A stretch of DNA of 64,000 bases. Origin: an uncultured delta proteobacterium. GTDB lineage: Bacteria; Desulfobacterota; Binatia; Binatales; Binataceae. The translations under genes were made by a program, and so were the position numbers. Below the pieces are notes generated by a model. That model was not told the origin of the DNA. It saw only the letters and a list, made by a program, of their open reading frames with translations, and ran no database searches. Below are positions 1 to 10,576 of the stretch, piece after piece; within the stretch, counting starts at the first letter, position 1; every line of letters begins with the position of its first letter. The stretch spans positions 64,001-128,000 of the forward strand of contig CAWCDG010000005.1 in assembly GCA_963794325.1 (NCBI GenBank), in the 5' to 3' direction.

Positions 1-1
1 G

Positions 2-1252
2 CCGTCGCTTATGATTTACGGCGGCTCGATACAGCCGGGGCGCTTCGGCGATCAGCAGGTTTCCATTCAGGATGTCTTCGAAGCCGTGGGCGCGCATTCG
101 GCCGGCAAGATGAAGCTCGAAGACCTCAAAAAACTCGAAGATGTCGCGTGCCCGGGCGTCGGTGCATGCGGCGGGCAGTTCACCGCCAACACGATGGCCA
201 CGGCGACCGAGCTTTTGGGAATCTCGCCGATGGGCTCGAACAGCATTCCCGCGACCGATCCGAAAAAGCCCGAGAGCGCGTTCCAGGCGGGACGCCTCGC
301 AGTCGATTTGCTCAAGCGCAAACTCAAGCCCAGCCAGATAATCACGAAGAAGGCGCTCGAGAACGCGATCGCGTCGGTCGCGATGACCGGCGGCTCGACC
401 AACGCCGTGCTGCATCTGCTCGCGATCGCGCACGAGGCCGGAATCACGCTCGATATCGACGACTTCGATCGCATCAGCTCGCGCACCCCGCTGCTCGCGG
501 ACCTTAAGCCCGGCGGCCGCTACCTCGCTACCGAAATGTACGCCGCGGGAGGAATTCCGCTAATCGCAAAACGCCTGAAGGAAGCGGGACTGCTCCACGA
601 AAACGAGATGACCGTGACTGGTCGAACGATTGGCGTCGAGGCTGACTCGGCGCGCGAGACGCCAGGTCAGGAAGTCGTGCACTCGGTCGCGAAGCCAATC
701 AAGGAAACTGGCGGGCTGGTGATTTTGAAGGGCAACCTCGCGCCCGAAGGATGTGTGGTCAAAGTCGCCGGCCACGAGCGCATGACTCATCGCGGGCCCG
801 CGCGGGTTTTCGATTGCGAAGAAGACGCCTTCAAAGCGGTCTCGGCGCAAAAGATTAAGCCGGGCGACGTCGTCGTCATCCGCTACGAAGGACCGCGCGG
901 CGCGCCCGGGATGCCCGAGATGCTCGGCGTCACGGCGGCCCTCTCGGGACAAGGACTTGGAGAATCCGTCAGCCTGCTGACGGACGGAAGATTCTCGGGT
1001 GCAACCCACGGCTTGATGGCCGGGCACGTCGCTCCCGAAGCCTATGTCGGCGGACCAATTGCGGCGCTCCGCGACGGCGACGTGATTACTTTCGATGTTG
1101 CGAAGCGGCGCTTGGATGTCGCGCTCACCGACGATGAAATCAAAGCACGGATCAAGAATTGGAAAGCGCCCGAGCCTCATTATAAGAGCGGCGTGATGGC
1201 GAAGTACGCGAACACCGTATCGTCATCGTCGCGCGGCGCCGTGACCCATTGA
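2..1252 (+). CDS. ilvD: Dihydroxy-acid dehydratase (5' end lies outside the window)
   Basis: [30 protein letters not shown] and LLTDGRFSG motifs; frame open from the window edge. Confidence 0.95.
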   Translation, partial: PSLMIYGGSIQPGRFGDQQVSIQDVFEAVGAHSAGKMKLEDLKKLEDVACPGVGACGGQFTANTMATATELLGISPMGSNSIPATDPKKPESAFQAGRLAVDLLKRKLKPSQIITKKALENAIASVAMTGGSTNAVLHLLAIAHEAGITLDIDDFDRISSRTPLLADLKPGGRYLATEMYAAGGIPLIAKRLKEAGLLHENEMTVTGRTIGVEADSARETPGQEVVHSVAKPIKETGGLVILKGNLAPEGCVVKVAGHERMTHRGPARVFDCEEDAFKAVSAQKIKPGDVVVIRYEGPRGAPGMPEMLGVTAALSGQGLGESVSLLTDGRFSGATHGLMAGHVAPEAYVGGPIAALRDGDVITFDVAKRRLDVALTDDEIKARIKNWKAPEPHYKSGVMAKYANTVSSSSRGAVTH

Positions 1253-2037
1253 CGGAGTCAGCAGAATCATCAGCGGGGGCATCGCCCGCGCGCGACGCGC
1301 GCGGGCGCTGCTCCCGCCGATTGCCCACGCTTGCAGCGTGCGCGATGCTCGCAGTCGTCCTGTGCGCGCGCCTCGCGCGCGCTCAGGACGACTGGAAGGT
1401 CATCCAGCGCCACACCACCTCGCAGGCGCCGGCCGAGGCCGGCGCCAGCGACGCCGCCAGCCCCGCCGTCGCCAGTGGCGACGGCTCCATCAACGCCTGC
1501 GGCGAAACCGCTCGCCCCGCCGGCGAGCCTTATAGCTCGATCGTCACCCAGCTCAACGATATGTGGGGCACCAATTTCCACGTCTATGAGTCGATGAATG
1601 CCGGCTCGCCCCACGCACGCAACGGCGGCTGCGTCTTCTACAATCAGAAGTTTCTCGACAGCCTGTTTCAACAGTGGATGCACATCGACGACCCCGACAC
1701 CGTGAAGCCGATGCTCTACGCGATCTTCGCGCACGAGATGGGCCATCTCGCGCACAGCGACTTCGATCCCAGCAATCAAAACGTTCCGGTAAAGAGCAAG
1801 GAACTCTCGGCGGATCACTTTGCCGGCTACACGCTCGAGCGAATGGGAATTCGACGCCTCGATCCGGTCGAAGTAACGCGCTACTACCAACTTACCGGCG
1901 ACGATTTCGTCGGCCACGCGTCCGGCCACGGCAACGGCGAGGAACGCACGACGGCCTTCGAGGATGGATGGCATCGCGCGGAAATCGGATTGCCGGAGCA
2001 AGGCACGCAGCCGGCGGGAGGACTCGGCGAGCCATAA
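1249..2037 (+). CDS. Exported neutral zinc metallopeptidase-like protein (start uncertain, may be later)
   Basis: Signal-like hydrophobic stretch, HEMGH (HExxH), ELSADHFAG third-ligand motif and [14 protein letters not shown], resembling YpfJ-type zincins. Confidence 0.65.
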   Translation: MTESAESSAGASPARDARGRCSRRLPTLAACAMLAVVLCARLARAQDDWKVIQRHTTSQAPAEAGASDAASPAVASGDGSINACGETARPAGEPYSSIVTQLNDMWGTNFHVYESMNAGSPHARNGGCVFYNQKFLDSLFQQWMHIDDPDTVKPMLYAIFAHEMGHLAHSDFDPSNQNVPVKSKELSADHFAGYTLERMGIRRLDPVEVTRYYQLTGDDFVGHASGHGNGEERTTAFEDGWHRAEIGLPEQGTQPAGGLGEP

Positions 2038-2060
2038 AGTCCTGGTCGCAATTCTTGAAC

Positions 2061-3062
2061 ATGGGTGCATCGATAATTTCGCAAAAAAATTCATCACAAG
2101 CTGCGGCTGACGCGATTCGCGCCGAATCCAGCGCCATCGACGCGCAGGCGCTCGGCTTTCGTTACGGCGATCGCGAAGCCCTCAGCGGCGTAACGTTCTC
2201 AATCGCCCGCGGCGAAATTTTCGGCTTCCTCGGACCCAACGGCGGCGGCAAGACTACTCTGTTCAAGCTGCTATCGACGCTGGCGCCGATTCAATCAGGC
2301 GGCGCGCAACTCTTCGGCCACGATTTGGCCGGCGAGACCATCGCCGTGCGCCGCCGCCTCGGCGTGGTCTTTCAGCATCCGAGTCTCGACGGCAAGTTGA
2401 CCGTCGGCGAAAATCTCGCCGCCCATGCTCATCTATATGGGATCTCCGGCAACCGGCTGCGCGATCGCAGCGCGGCGATGCTCGAGCGGCTCGGTCTGTC
2501 GGCTCGCGAGCGCGACCGCGTCGAGACCTTGTCGGGCGGCCTGCAGCGCCGCGTCGAGCTGGCCAAGGCATTGTTGCATGAACCTGCGCTGCTGCTGCTC
2601 GACGAGCCGAGCACCGGGCTGGATCCGGCCGCGCGCCGCGAGTTTTGGAACTACCTCCAGCATCTGCGCGAGCACGAGGGCGTCACGATCGTGCTGACCA
2701 CTCATTATATGGAGGAGGCCGAGCGATGCGATCGCATCGGCATTCTGCATCAGGGGAAACTGGTCGCGATCGCGCCGCCGGATGAACTCAAATCCGAAGT
2801 CGGCGGTGACGTGATAGTGATTCGAACGAAGGAGCCGGAAATCCTGCAGCGAAAAATCCTCGCGCGCTTCAAGCTCAAGAGTCAGCTGGTTGATGGCGCG
2901 ATTCGTATCGAAAAACTCCGCGCCCATGAGCTGGTGCGCGATTTGATCGACGCGTTCGTCGAGGAGATCGAGTCGGTTTCATTCGGCAAGCCGACTCTCG
3001 AGGACGTATTCGTGCATCTGACCGGTCACCAGTTCTTCGCGCATATGCCGGACACGGAATAG
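2061..3062 (+). CDS. ABC-2/DrrA-type ABC transporter ATP-binding protein
   Basis: Walker A GPNGGGKT, signature LSGGLQRR, Walker B LLLLDEP, C-terminal PTLEDVF; the upstream part of ORF 1674 overlaps the previous gene. Confidence 0.92.
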   Translation: MGASIISQKNSSQAAADAIRAESSAIDAQALGFRYGDREALSGVTFSIARGEIFGFLGPNGGGKTTLFKLLSTLAPIQSGGAQLFGHDLAGETIAVRRRLGVVFQHPSLDGKLTVGENLAAHAHLYGISGNRLRDRSAAMLERLGLSARERDRVETLSGGLQRRVELAKALLHEPALLLLDEPSTGLDPAARREFWNYLQHLREHEGVTIVLTTHYMEEAERCDRIGILHQGKLVAIAPPDELKSEVGGDVIVIRTKEPEILQRKILARFKLKSQLVDGAIRIEKLRAHELVRDLIDAFVEEIESVSFGKPTLEDVFVHLTGHQFFAHMPDTE

Positions 3063-3066
3063 GGAA

Positions 3067-3852
3067 ATGCGAGAAATTTTGCTTCAGGCCGAAACCCTCT
3101 GGTATCGCGAAGTCGTGCGCTTTATCCGGCAACCGATTCGCGTGGTGAGCGCGATCGCGACGCCGCTGGTTTTCTGGTTGCTGCTCGGCGCGGGCCTGCA
3201 AGCGTCCTTCAAGCCGAGCGGGATGCCGCCCGGACTCGACTACGTGCAGTATTTTTATCCCGGCGTGATCGTTTTGATGCTGTTGTTCACCGCGATTTTC
3301 GCGACCGCATCGACGGTTGACGATCGCCGCCAGGGCTTCCTTCAGGGCGTTCTGGTCGCACCCGTCTCGCGCCCGACGATCGTGCTCGGCCAGGCGCTCG
3401 GATGCACCACGCTCTCACTGATGCAGGGCGCTATCTTCCTCGCGATGGCGCCGTTGGCGGGAATCCATCTAAGCCTCGCGGCGATCATCGTGTCGCTCGC
3501 GATAATGGGACTGATCGCGTTCGCGATGACGAGTATCGGACTCGCGATGGCGTGGCGCACCGAATCGACGCAGGGCTTCCACGCGTTCATGAACATGCTG
3601 CTATTGCCAATCTGGATGCTATCGGGCGCAGTCTTTCCGGTCGTCGGCGCGCCGCGATGGTTCCAATGGACAACGCGCCTGAACCCTCTCACCTACGCCG
3701 TGGACGCCCTCCGCCAGGGCCTATATCTCGCAGAGCCAGCCTCGAGCGGCGCCACGATGCCGATGGGATCATCGGTAGCAATCGCAATCGCCTTCGCCGC
3801 CTTCACCTTCATCCTGGCCACCCGCGCCGCCCGCATTGCCTCGACGATCTAA
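3067..3852 (+). CDS. ABC-2 type transporter permease
   Basis: About 6 TM helices, [11 protein letters not shown] motif, directly after the ATPase. Confidence 0.9.
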   Translation: MREILLQAETLWYREVVRFIRQPIRVVSAIATPLVFWLLLGAGLQASFKPSGMPPGLDYVQYFYPGVIVLMLLFTAIFATASTVDDRRQGFLQGVLVAPVSRPTIVLGQALGCTTLSLMQGAIFLAMAPLAGIHLSLAAIIVSLAIMGLIAFAMTSIGLAMAWRTESTQGFHAFMNMLLLPIWMLSGAVFPVVGAPRWFQWTTRLNPLTYAVDALRQGLYLAEPASSGATMPMGSSVAIAIAFAAFTFILATRAARIASTI

Positions 3853-4616
3853 CGCGGCGGCATCCTGAGCGCGCCGTCCAGCCGGATCGTCTCGCCGTTC
3901 AGCATTTCGTTCTCGACGATGTGCCGCGCGAGCGCCGCGTATTCCGACGGCTTGCCCAACCTCTGCGGAAACGGAATCTGCGCCGCGAGCGCCTTGCGAT
4001 TCGCCTCTGGCAATCCCGCCAGCATCGGGGTCTCGAAAGTCCCCGGCGCGATCGTGCAAATCCGGATGCCGAGCGACGCGAGGTCGCGCGCGATAGGCAG
4101 CGTCATCGAAACCACCCCGCCCTTCGACGCCGAATAAGCGACCTGCCCGATCTGTCCATCGAATGCGGCGACCGATGCCGTATTGATGATCACGCCGCGC
4201 TCGCCGTCGGGACCCGGCTGATTCTTCGCCATCTGCGCCGCCGCCAGCCGCGTCACGTTGAACGTGCCGATCAGATTCACCGTGATAACCTTGCTGAACA
4301 AATCGAGCGAGTGCGGACCATCCTTGGTCACCGTGCGCATCGCGCGCCCGATGCCGGCGCAGTTCACCGCGATATGAATCGTGCCAAACTTCGCGACCGC
4401 TTTCGCAATCGCGTCAGTCGCCTGGTCGGCGGAGGCGACGTCAGCCTCAACGAAGACAGCATTTGCGCCGAGCGACTCGGCTACTTTGGCCCCGGGCGAC
4501 GAAGGTAAATCGAGAATCGCGACCTTCGCGCCCGCCGACGCGAACTCGCGGACGGTTGCTTCGCCGAGTCCCGAGCCGCCACCGGTGACAAGCGCGACCG
4601 CATTTTTGAGATTCAT
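3849..4616 (-). CDS. SDR family 3-hydroxyacyl-CoA dehydrogenase (HSD17B10/type-2-like)
   Basis: [27 protein letters not shown] and [13 protein letters not shown]. Confidence 0.93.
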   Translation of the reverse strand: MNLKNAVALVTGGGSGLGEATVREFASAGAKVAILDLPSSPGAKVAESLGANAVFVEADVASADQATDAIAKAVAKFGTIHIAVNCAGIGRAMRTVTKDGPHSLDLFSKVITVNLIGTFNVTRLAAAQMAKNQPGPDGERGVIINTASVAAFDGQIGQVAYSASKGGVVSMTLPIARDLASLGIRICTIAPGTFETPMLAGLPEANRKALAAQIPFPQRLGKPSEYAALARHIVENEMLNGETIRLDGALRMPPR

Positions 4617-4726
4617 ATCAACCTCGCAAAAGTGAGTAGCCTGAGCGCGACGAAGTTATGATTGCAGGCGCGGTTATGCAACCACGCCACTTGAGCGCCA
4701 CTTCGTGGACAACGAAAATCTGGCCG

Positions 4727-5395
4727 TCAGCAGTTGCCGCCGGAGCTTTGCACAGTCGCGGTGCCGGGCGGCGGGCCGGGGGAACAGAAGGGTGGCCCAT
4801 CGTCTGCGGCTTCCGCAGTCCCGCCGTTGGTTGCCGTCGCGTGCGCGAAGCCGCCGGCCTCACATGATGATTCCGCCGTCCCGCTCGTGTCGGCGTTTGC
4901 GGTGGCTGTGCACTTACCAGCACTTCCGTCCGCCGACGCTTGGGCAGTGCCAGATCCGCTCGCAATGGCAGTCGCCTTGGCGCGCAAGTCAGCACTAGCC
5001 GCCGCAGTGCCCGAACCGCTCGCTTTGGCGGTCGCGTTGGACTTCGAGTCAGCACTAGCCTCCGCAGTGCCCGATCCGCTCGCTTTGGCAGTCGCCTTGG
5101 CGCCCGTGTCAGAACTAGCTTGCGCAGTGCCTAGATCGCTCGCTATCGCGTTTGCCTTGCCGTGCGTGTCAGAACTAGCTTGCGCATCGCCGCCGGTCTT
5201 CGCGATTGCCTTCGACTTGCCACCCGTATCTGCACTTGCTGCGCAGGCGCTCCCATCAGTGCCGGTGTGCGAGACGCTGTGGTTGCCGCTCGCTTTGCAC
5301 GTCACTCCTCCCGCAGCATGGGCACTCGTCGCCGCCGCAAATGCCAAAAACACCGCGCCGGTAAGTAACCCCATCGTCGTCTTCGGTAGTTTCAC
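4727..5395 (-). CDS. Secreted Ala/Ser/Gly-rich 20-aa repeat protein with Cys-bounded ends (DUF6764-like)
   Basis: GGAGGG RBS before GTG at 5395, signal peptide ending AHA, repeats of type AKATAKASGSGTAEASADS, several Cys. Confidence 0.7.
   Translation of the reverse strand: MKLPKTTMGLLTGAVFLAFAAATSAHAAGGVTCKASGNHSVSHTGTDGSACAASADTGGKSKAIAKTGGDAQASSDTHGKANAIASDLGTAQASSDTGAKATAKASGSGTAEASADSKSNATAKASGSGTAAASADLRAKATAIASGSGTAQASADGSAGKCTATANADTSGTAESSCEAGGFAHATATNGGTAEAADDGPPFCSPGPPPGTATVQSSGGNC
4921..5250. repeat. Degenerate 60-bp coding tandem repeat (about 5 units)
   Basis: gcagtgcc.ga.ccgctcgc...g recurs at a 60-nt period in consecutive sequence lines. Confidence 0.8.
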
Positions 5396-5528
5396 AGATT
5401 CCCCTCCCACCTGGCTGATCTGCGTCATTTCCCGTTCGAGTAGCTCGAATACAAACAATCTGGCGCCAGGCAGTGTCGGATATCTATATGAGCGCCTTTG
5501 ATGTTTCCAGTAGCTCCCGGGTGAAGTG

Positions 5529-7580
5529 CTACGGCGACGCTTGCTGTTGGGCGGGATGCGGCGTCTCGAGCATTCGCCGTGCCGCCGCGACAGCGTCGCT
5601 CGATCCAGCCAACTCCAGAATGTCGCCTTCGCGCAAGATTTCGTCGCCAGTCGGGACCACCACTTCAGAATCGGCGCGGCCGATTGCGACCACCACCGCG
5701 CCGCTGTTGGTCTGGAGATCAAGTTCGGACAGTTTTTTTCCTACACCTTCGCTGTCCGATCGAAGCGGGACCGGCGTGATCATCCCGATGCCGGGGACTG
5801 CGTACGAGTCGCCTCCGGCGTCTGCGGGAGCGCCTCGCAGCGCGGTCGCGATCAGGCGCGTCGCATTGCGGAGTTGGCCCTGCATCTGGCGCGCGGCTCG
5901 CGCCACGATGACGACCATCAGCACGATTGTGATTACGATGATTCCGATTCCTTCAACCGGCTCCAAGAACGGCTGAACGATCGCGAGCAGCGGCACCGCT
6001 ACCACCAGCAGAATTGTGATCTGGAGCAATTCGATCAACGCGCTCACCGCGGGCGCACCATTCGATGGAAGTTCGGCGAAGGCGCGCGATGCGAGCGCGG
6101 TCGCGAGCCGCCGCGACGCGAAGTACATTGCGGCCGCGGGCCCCGCACATACGAGCACCGCGAACGCGTCGACATACAGGCCGGCGCCGAAATACGTCAG
6201 ATGTTCCATGCTCGCGACTGTGGTCGTCAGATCGAGAGGATCCCATTCGTTGACGATCAGAATTGCGCCGATCAAAACGCCGCTCGCGGCGATTGCCGCC
6301 GTCGGCCATGCGATTGAGTTGGCGTTCTTCGCCGGCTGTCCGGCGTTGCGAATTCGCTCGAACCACGAGTCGTAGAGCGCTTCGAGCACCTTGAGCGGAC
6401 GCGGCATGCGCGCGGATACGAATTCGGCGAACGGAATCGATCCACGAATCATGTAGGGCGTCAGGAAAGTCGTGACGGCGGAGACCGCGACCGCCAGCGT
6501 ATAGAGAAAATCGCGCGCCGCGCCGGTCTTCAATCCCGCGCCCGCGATGATGAATGAGAACTCGCCGATTTGCGACAAGCTCATGCCGGCTTCGATCGAA
6601 GTCTTGGTGCCGACGCCGCTCAAAATCGACGCGAAGGTAACCCCGAAAATCTTTCCGCCGACTACCGCGGCCGTCAGCACGATCAGCGCCTGCCAATGCT
6701 CCGCGATGAGTTTGGGATCGATCATCATGCCCACCGAGACGAAGAATACCGCACCGAAAATGTCCCGCAGCGGTGCGACCAGATGTTCGATCTGCTCGAC
6801 TTCGCCCGACTCCGCGACCAGCGATCCCGACAGGAACGCGCCGAGCGCAACTGAATAGCCGGCGTGTTCCGCCAGCAGCGCGAAGCCGAAGCAGATGCCG
6901 ACGACTGCCACCAGCGTCGTCTCGGGCCGGCCCATCCGCACCACGAATCGCACCACCGGCGGCACCACGACAAATCCAATGCCGACGAATGCGACCAGGA
7001 ACAGAATCAGGCGCGCGATCGTCACCGTCATCATCGATGCCGACACGCTCGCGCCCGAGGCTAGCGTCGTCAGAATCGCGAGCTCGACGACCGCCGTGAG
7101 ATCTTCGGCGAGCAGCACGCCGAACACCAGCTCGCGCAGGCCGTCTGAGACCGGAGTTTCCTGGTAGGCCTTGGCGACGATAGTCGTGCTCGAGATTGAA
7201 AGAATCGCGCCGGTGAAGATGCTCTCGAGCGGCGTCCATCCCAGCGCGCGCCCGCATACGTAGCCAAGCCAGATCATGAAGCCGACCTGCAGCGCCGTGA
7301 TAAAGCCCGAGGTCGGGCCGAGGCGAATCAGCTTGCGCACGCTGAATTCGAGCCCGAGCGCGAACATCAGCAGAATCACGCCCAGTTCGGAGAGCGTGTG
7401 GATGCGCTCGGGATCCGCGAGCAGAGGAATCGGCACGTTGGGCCCGACGATCAGGCCTGCGATCAGATAACCGACCACGACCGGCTGCCGGATTTTCTGA
7501 AAGATGATGGTGGTGACGGCGGCGACGCATAGCACCATCGCGAGATCTTCGAGAAACGTATGTGAGCTGAGTACGTGCAC
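5529..7580 (-). CDS. CPA2 cation:proton antiporter with C-terminal TrkA-C (RCK_C) domain
   Basis: LSELGVILLMFALGLEF, SISSTTIVAK, LLAEDL, QIGEFSFII; terminal PTGDEILREGDILELAG. Confidence 0.92.
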   Translation of the reverse strand: MHVLSSHTFLEDLAMVLCVAAVTTIIFQKIRQPVVVGYLIAGLIVGPNVPIPLLADPERIHTLSELGVILLMFALGLEFSVRKLIRLGPTSGFITALQVGFMIWLGYVCGRALGWTPLESIFTGAILSISSTTIVAKAYQETPVSDGLRELVFGVLLAEDLTAVVELAILTTLASGASVSASMMTVTIARLILFLVAFVGIGFVVVPPVVRFVVRMGRPETTLVAVVGICFGFALLAEHAGYSVALGAFLSGSLVAESGEVEQIEHLVAPLRDIFGAVFFVSVGMMIDPKLIAEHWQALIVLTAAVVGGKIFGVTFASILSGVGTKTSIEAGMSLSQIGEFSFIIAGAGLKTGAARDFLYTLAVAVSAVTTFLTPYMIRGSIPFAEFVSARMPRPLKVLEALYDSWFERIRNAGQPAKNANSIAWPTAAIAASGVLIGAILIVNEWDPLDLTTTVASMEHLTYFGAGLYVDAFAVLVCAGPAAAMYFASRRLATALASRAFAELPSNGAPAVSALIELLQITILLVVAVPLLAIVQPFLEPVEGIGIIVITIVLMVVIVARAARQMQGQLRNATRLIATALRGAPADAGGDSYAVPGIGMITPVPLRSDSEGVGKKLSELDLQTNSGAVVVAIGRADSEVVVPTGDEILREGDILELAGSSDAVAAARRMLETPHPAQQQASP

Positions 7581-7663
7581 CGCGTCGAGGAATCTTAGCT
7601 TGCGGCGCCGATCGCGCGCGAGAGAGCTACTGACTTCGCCGCGATTGTTCCCGTCGCGCGATT

Positions 7664-7744
7664 GTTCCCCTTCCCTCGAGGGAAGGGGTTACTCCAAACA
7701 CTCCGGTTCCCCTTCCCGCTCGGGAAGGGGTTAGGGGTTAGGTT
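7664..7744 (+). repeat. Family A palindromic repeat (two hairpins plus GGGGTTAGGGGTTAGGTT tail)
   Basis: CCCCTTCCC-N4-GGGAAGGGG twice, then TTAGGGGTTAGGTT; further copies at 8389, 32039, 45972 and 51547. Confidence 0.9.
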
Positions 7745-7760
7745 CTTCTCGCTACAGAGC

Positions 7761-8345
7761 CTACTGCTTCAAGACCAACGGAGGCCCGCTGACTCGCGTC
7801 CCCAGGAGCGAGACGTTCACCTCGACCCGATTGGCGATTCTGATAAACGGAATGCCGCTGTTCATCCCGTAGTCCTTGCGATCGAAGTACAGCGTCCCGT
7901 TAATTGTGCCGGAGCCGGTGCCCACGCCGGACACCGTAAGTGTGAGTTTCTCGAGCCTGGTAACTCCGCGGATCGTAAAGTTGCCGTCCACCTCGAAGGT
8001 GTTAGGACCGGTCTGCAAAATCTTCGTCGATTTGAATGAGATCAAGGGATTATTGGCGACATCGAAGAAGTCCGAACTCTTCAGCTTGCTATCCTTCATC
8101 CCGCTCCCGGTATCAACCGATGCAGCCTGAATCTCGACGTCCAAAACCCCCGTCGTCACGTCCGTAGATGCAAAAGTCAGAGTGGCGTTCCACTTATCAA
8201 AAGTGCCGGCTATCGCCACCGACGCCTTCACGTCGAACTTGATCGAGCTTTGTACTGGTGTGATCGCGAAGACAGGAACGTCTTGCGCTCTGCTCAATGA
8301 CGGAATCAAAGCGGACGCCAGCAGACATACAGCAATTAATCGCAT
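7761..8345 (-). CDS. YceI family lipid/polyisoprenoid-binding periplasmic protein
   Basis: Signal peptide; SVDTG...DSKLKSSDFFDV..NPLISFKST, GNFTIRGVT, DRKDYGM. Confidence 0.92.
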   Translation of the reverse strand: MRLIAVCLLASALIPSLSRAQDVPVFAITPVQSSIKFDVKASVAIAGTFDKWNATLTFASTDVTTGVLDVEIQAASVDTGSGMKDSKLKSSDFFDVANNPLISFKSTKILQTGPNTFEVDGNFTIRGVTRLEKLTLTVSGVGTGSGTINGTLYFDRKDYGMNSGIPFIRIANRVEVNVSLLGTRVSGPPLVLKQ

Positions 8346-8351
8346 GGCGGC

Positions 8352-8380
8352 AGTCTGAGTTCTTCCTGCCTTCCTGTCAA
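8352..8380 (-). promoter_or_regulatory. Sigma70-type promoter, probably leaderless, for the YceI gene
   Basis: Minus strand TTGACA-17 nt-CAGACT-6 nt-ATG with no SD sequence. Confidence 0.55.
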
Positions 8381-8388
8381 TTACAAGG

Positions 8389-8429
8389 AACCTAACCCCT
8401 AACCCCTTCCCATAGTGGGAAGGGGAACC
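8389..8429 (-). repeat. Family A palindromic repeat, inverted copy
   Basis: aacctaacccctaaccccttcccatagtgggaaggggaacc. Confidence 0.9.
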
Positions 8430-8444
8430 AAAACGATTAGAAGA

Positions 8445-9608
8445 TTAGTTCGTGTTGCTCACGCGAGGGAGGACTTTGGTCCAAAACAACTCGATCGTTT
8501 TCATCAGCCGGTCGTGCGGCATCAGCCCGTTGTACATCCACGCGAAGACCCATCGGATGGGCAGGCGCTTCAGCAGATGCTCGACCTGGCGCGTGACGGT
8601 ATCAACCGTGCCGACAAACGCGAGACCGTTGGTCCATAGATCGGCGGGCTCACCGGTTTTCGGATCTTCGAGGCCCTTGGAAAATCCGAACGGCTCAAAC
8701 CATTCGTGACCGCAGAAGTAACCGCTCTCGCGCCAGATTGCGCGCGCCTCGTCGTCGCTGTCCGCGATCACGATATCGCGCAGCACGCCCATCCCTTCGC
8801 CGAGCGGCTTTTTCGAGACTTCGGCATAGACCTCGCACAGCTGATGCTCGAGCGACGGATGCAACGGCGGCAGGATCGCGGTGACACCCTCCTGCGCGCA
8901 CCATCTGATACTGCGCTCCGACGACGCGAACGGCTGGAAGATCGGCGGATGCGGCTTCTGGACCGGCTTCGGCACGACCGCCACCGCGCGCACGATTCCG
9001 TTCTCGATGCCGCCGCCCCATTTCGCGGTCGCGTCGAGCGTCCACGGTGTTTCGCCGGGCGGAACGCGCCAGTACTTGCCCTCGTAGGAAATAAAATCCT
9101 GCGTCCACGCTTGCTTGATGATGCGAAAATTTTCTTCGAACGCCGCGCGGTTGGCGTTGTCGATCTCGTCGTGCTGATGCGGCAGCGCGCCGTGAATTCC
9201 GTGCGTCTGCTGCGCCATGATATCGACCCATCGCCGCTGATAGCCGCGCGCGAAGCCGGCATTGGCGCGCCCGCCGCTCATATGATCGAGCATCGCGATA
9301 TCCTCGGCGACGCGCAGCGGATTCTGCGACGGCAACACGATGCCGAGCTGGCCGACACGCAGCCGCTTGGTCTGCATCGCGATATACAAGTCGAGCAGCA
9401 CCGGATTGTTCGACAACTCGAAACCTTCGACGTGAAAATGATGCTCGGTGAAACTGATCGAGTCGTAGCCGAGGTCGTCAGCGAGGCGCGCCTGCCCAGT
9501 GATGTCGTGCAGCATCTGATCGTATAGATGCCCCTTCAATCCAACGCGCCCTCTTTCGATGTCGGCCTTGCTGCCGACCGAAGGTAGATAGAACAGCGAT
9601 ACTTTCAT
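8445..9608 (-). CDS. LLM-class flavin-dependent oxidoreductase
   Basis: FTEHHF, NPLRVAEDIAMLDHMSGGR, PKPVQKPHPP. Confidence 0.92.
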   Translation of the reverse strand: MKVSLFYLPSVGSKADIERGRVGLKGHLYDQMLHDITGQARLADDLGYDSISFTEHHFHVEGFELSNNPVLLDLYIAMQTKRLRVGQLGIVLPSQNPLRVAEDIAMLDHMSGGRANAGFARGYQRRWVDIMAQQTHGIHGALPHQHDEIDNANRAAFEENFRIIKQAWTQDFISYEGKYWRVPPGETPWTLDATAKWGGGIENGIVRAVAVVPKPVQKPHPPIFQPFASSERSIRWCAQEGVTAILPPLHPSLEHQLCEVYAEVSKKPLGEGMGVLRDIVIADSDDEARAIWRESGYFCGHEWFEPFGFSKGLEDPKTGEPADLWTNGLAFVGTVDTVTRQVEHLLKRLPIRWVFAWMYNGLMPHDRLMKTIELFWTKVLPRVSNTN

Positions 9609-9662
9609 GATGTCTGGACTCTAGAACTCTCGGAACGAAAACGCCAAACGCGCGATTTCACC

Positions 9663-9731
9663 GGGTGCAGGGGTCACCCCTGCCGAAGGAAGCGTGAAAC
9701 CCACCGCGGGTTTCAAATTTAATAAAGTGAT
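9663..9731 (-). repeat. Family B multi-hairpin repeat
   Basis: GCAGGGGTCACCCCTGC plus GTGAAACCC..GGGTTTCA; near-identical to 15505-15572. Confidence 0.88.
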
Positions 9732-9742
9732 TTCCCCTTCCC

Positions 9743-10576
9743 CTAAACCGCGAAAAATTCCTTCATCGCTACGAGCGACTCCGCCTCCGTCAACGACGGT
9801 GCATGTCCCACCCCCGGCACCTCGACGACCTTTGCCCGCTTGAGCACCTTACACATCCGCGATGCCGTCCCGCGGTCCAGGACGTCGCTGTCCGCGCCGC
9901 GAATGATTAACGTCGGGCATGCGATTCGCGCGTACGGCACCCACAAATCGAATCGTTGTTGCGCGGTGCCTCCGCGAAGCGGACGCCGCACGTTCGGGTC
10001 CATCTTCCACGACAATGCCCCGTCGGTACCCTGCTTGACCGACCATTTCACCTGATCGGCGACGACGCTGTCTGCGAGCTTCGCCATCGGCGGATAATTT
10101 TCCTTGTAGTACTTCACCACCTCGCCGATATCCTTGAATCGTTCCGGCGCCGTGCCGACGTAATTCCCGATTCTCGCCAATCCCACCGGATCGATCTCCG
10201 GCCCGATATCGTTGAGCACCAGCCGCTCGACCCGCTCCGGCCATCCGCCCGCATACATCATCGAAATGATCCCGCCCATCGACGTCCCGATCAGGCTCGC
10301 GCGCGCGACGCCCAGCTCTTCGAGCATCTTCGCCAGGTCGGTCACATAATTTTGCGGCAAATATTCCGTCGGCGGACCCCACTGACTCTCGCCGCGTCCG
10401 CGCACGTCAACCGAGATCACGTGATACTTCGCCGCCAGATGCGCCGCGAGCGCGTCGAAGTTGTGTGCGTTCTGGGTCAGCCCATGCACGCAGATCACCC
10501 ACGGCGCATCGTCATTGTCGTAGTCCAGGTAATGCAGCCGCAGGCCGTTTGCGTTGACGAATTTATCCGATGCCAT
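9743..10576 (-). CDS. Alpha/beta hydrolase
   Basis: HGLTQ oxyanion motif, GTSMGG nucleophile elbow, GHAP catalytic His. Confidence 0.9.
   Translation of the reverse strand: MASDKFVNANGLRLHYLDYDNDDAPWVICVHGLTQNAHNFDALAAHLAAKYHVISVDVRGRGESQWGPPTEYLPQNYVTDLAKMLEELGVARASLIGTSMGGIISMMYAGGWPERVERLVLNDIGPEIDPVGLARIGNYVGTAPERFKDIGEVVKYYKENYPPMAKLADSVVADQVKWSVKQGTDGALSWKMDPNVRRPLRGGTAQQRFDLWVPYARIACPTLIIRGADSDVLDRGTASRMCKVLKRAKVVEVPGVGHAPSLTEAESLVAMKEFFAV

Noticed and set aside
1674-2060. N-terminal extension of the ABC ATPase (likewise extensions on ORFs 11741, 17388, 39700, 43543 and 49229)
   Set aside because: They overlap neighbouring genes or repeats and are Arg-rich noise; later starts fit the family boundaries.
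4921-5250. 60-bp periodicity as CRISPR repeat-spacer units
   Set aside because: The whole unit is degenerate at codon level and lies within a signal-peptide-bearing ORF.
7726-7744. TTAGGG-like sequence as telomere or eukaryotic contamination
   Set aside because: Only two units, always attached to the same hairpin within bacterial intergenic spaces.
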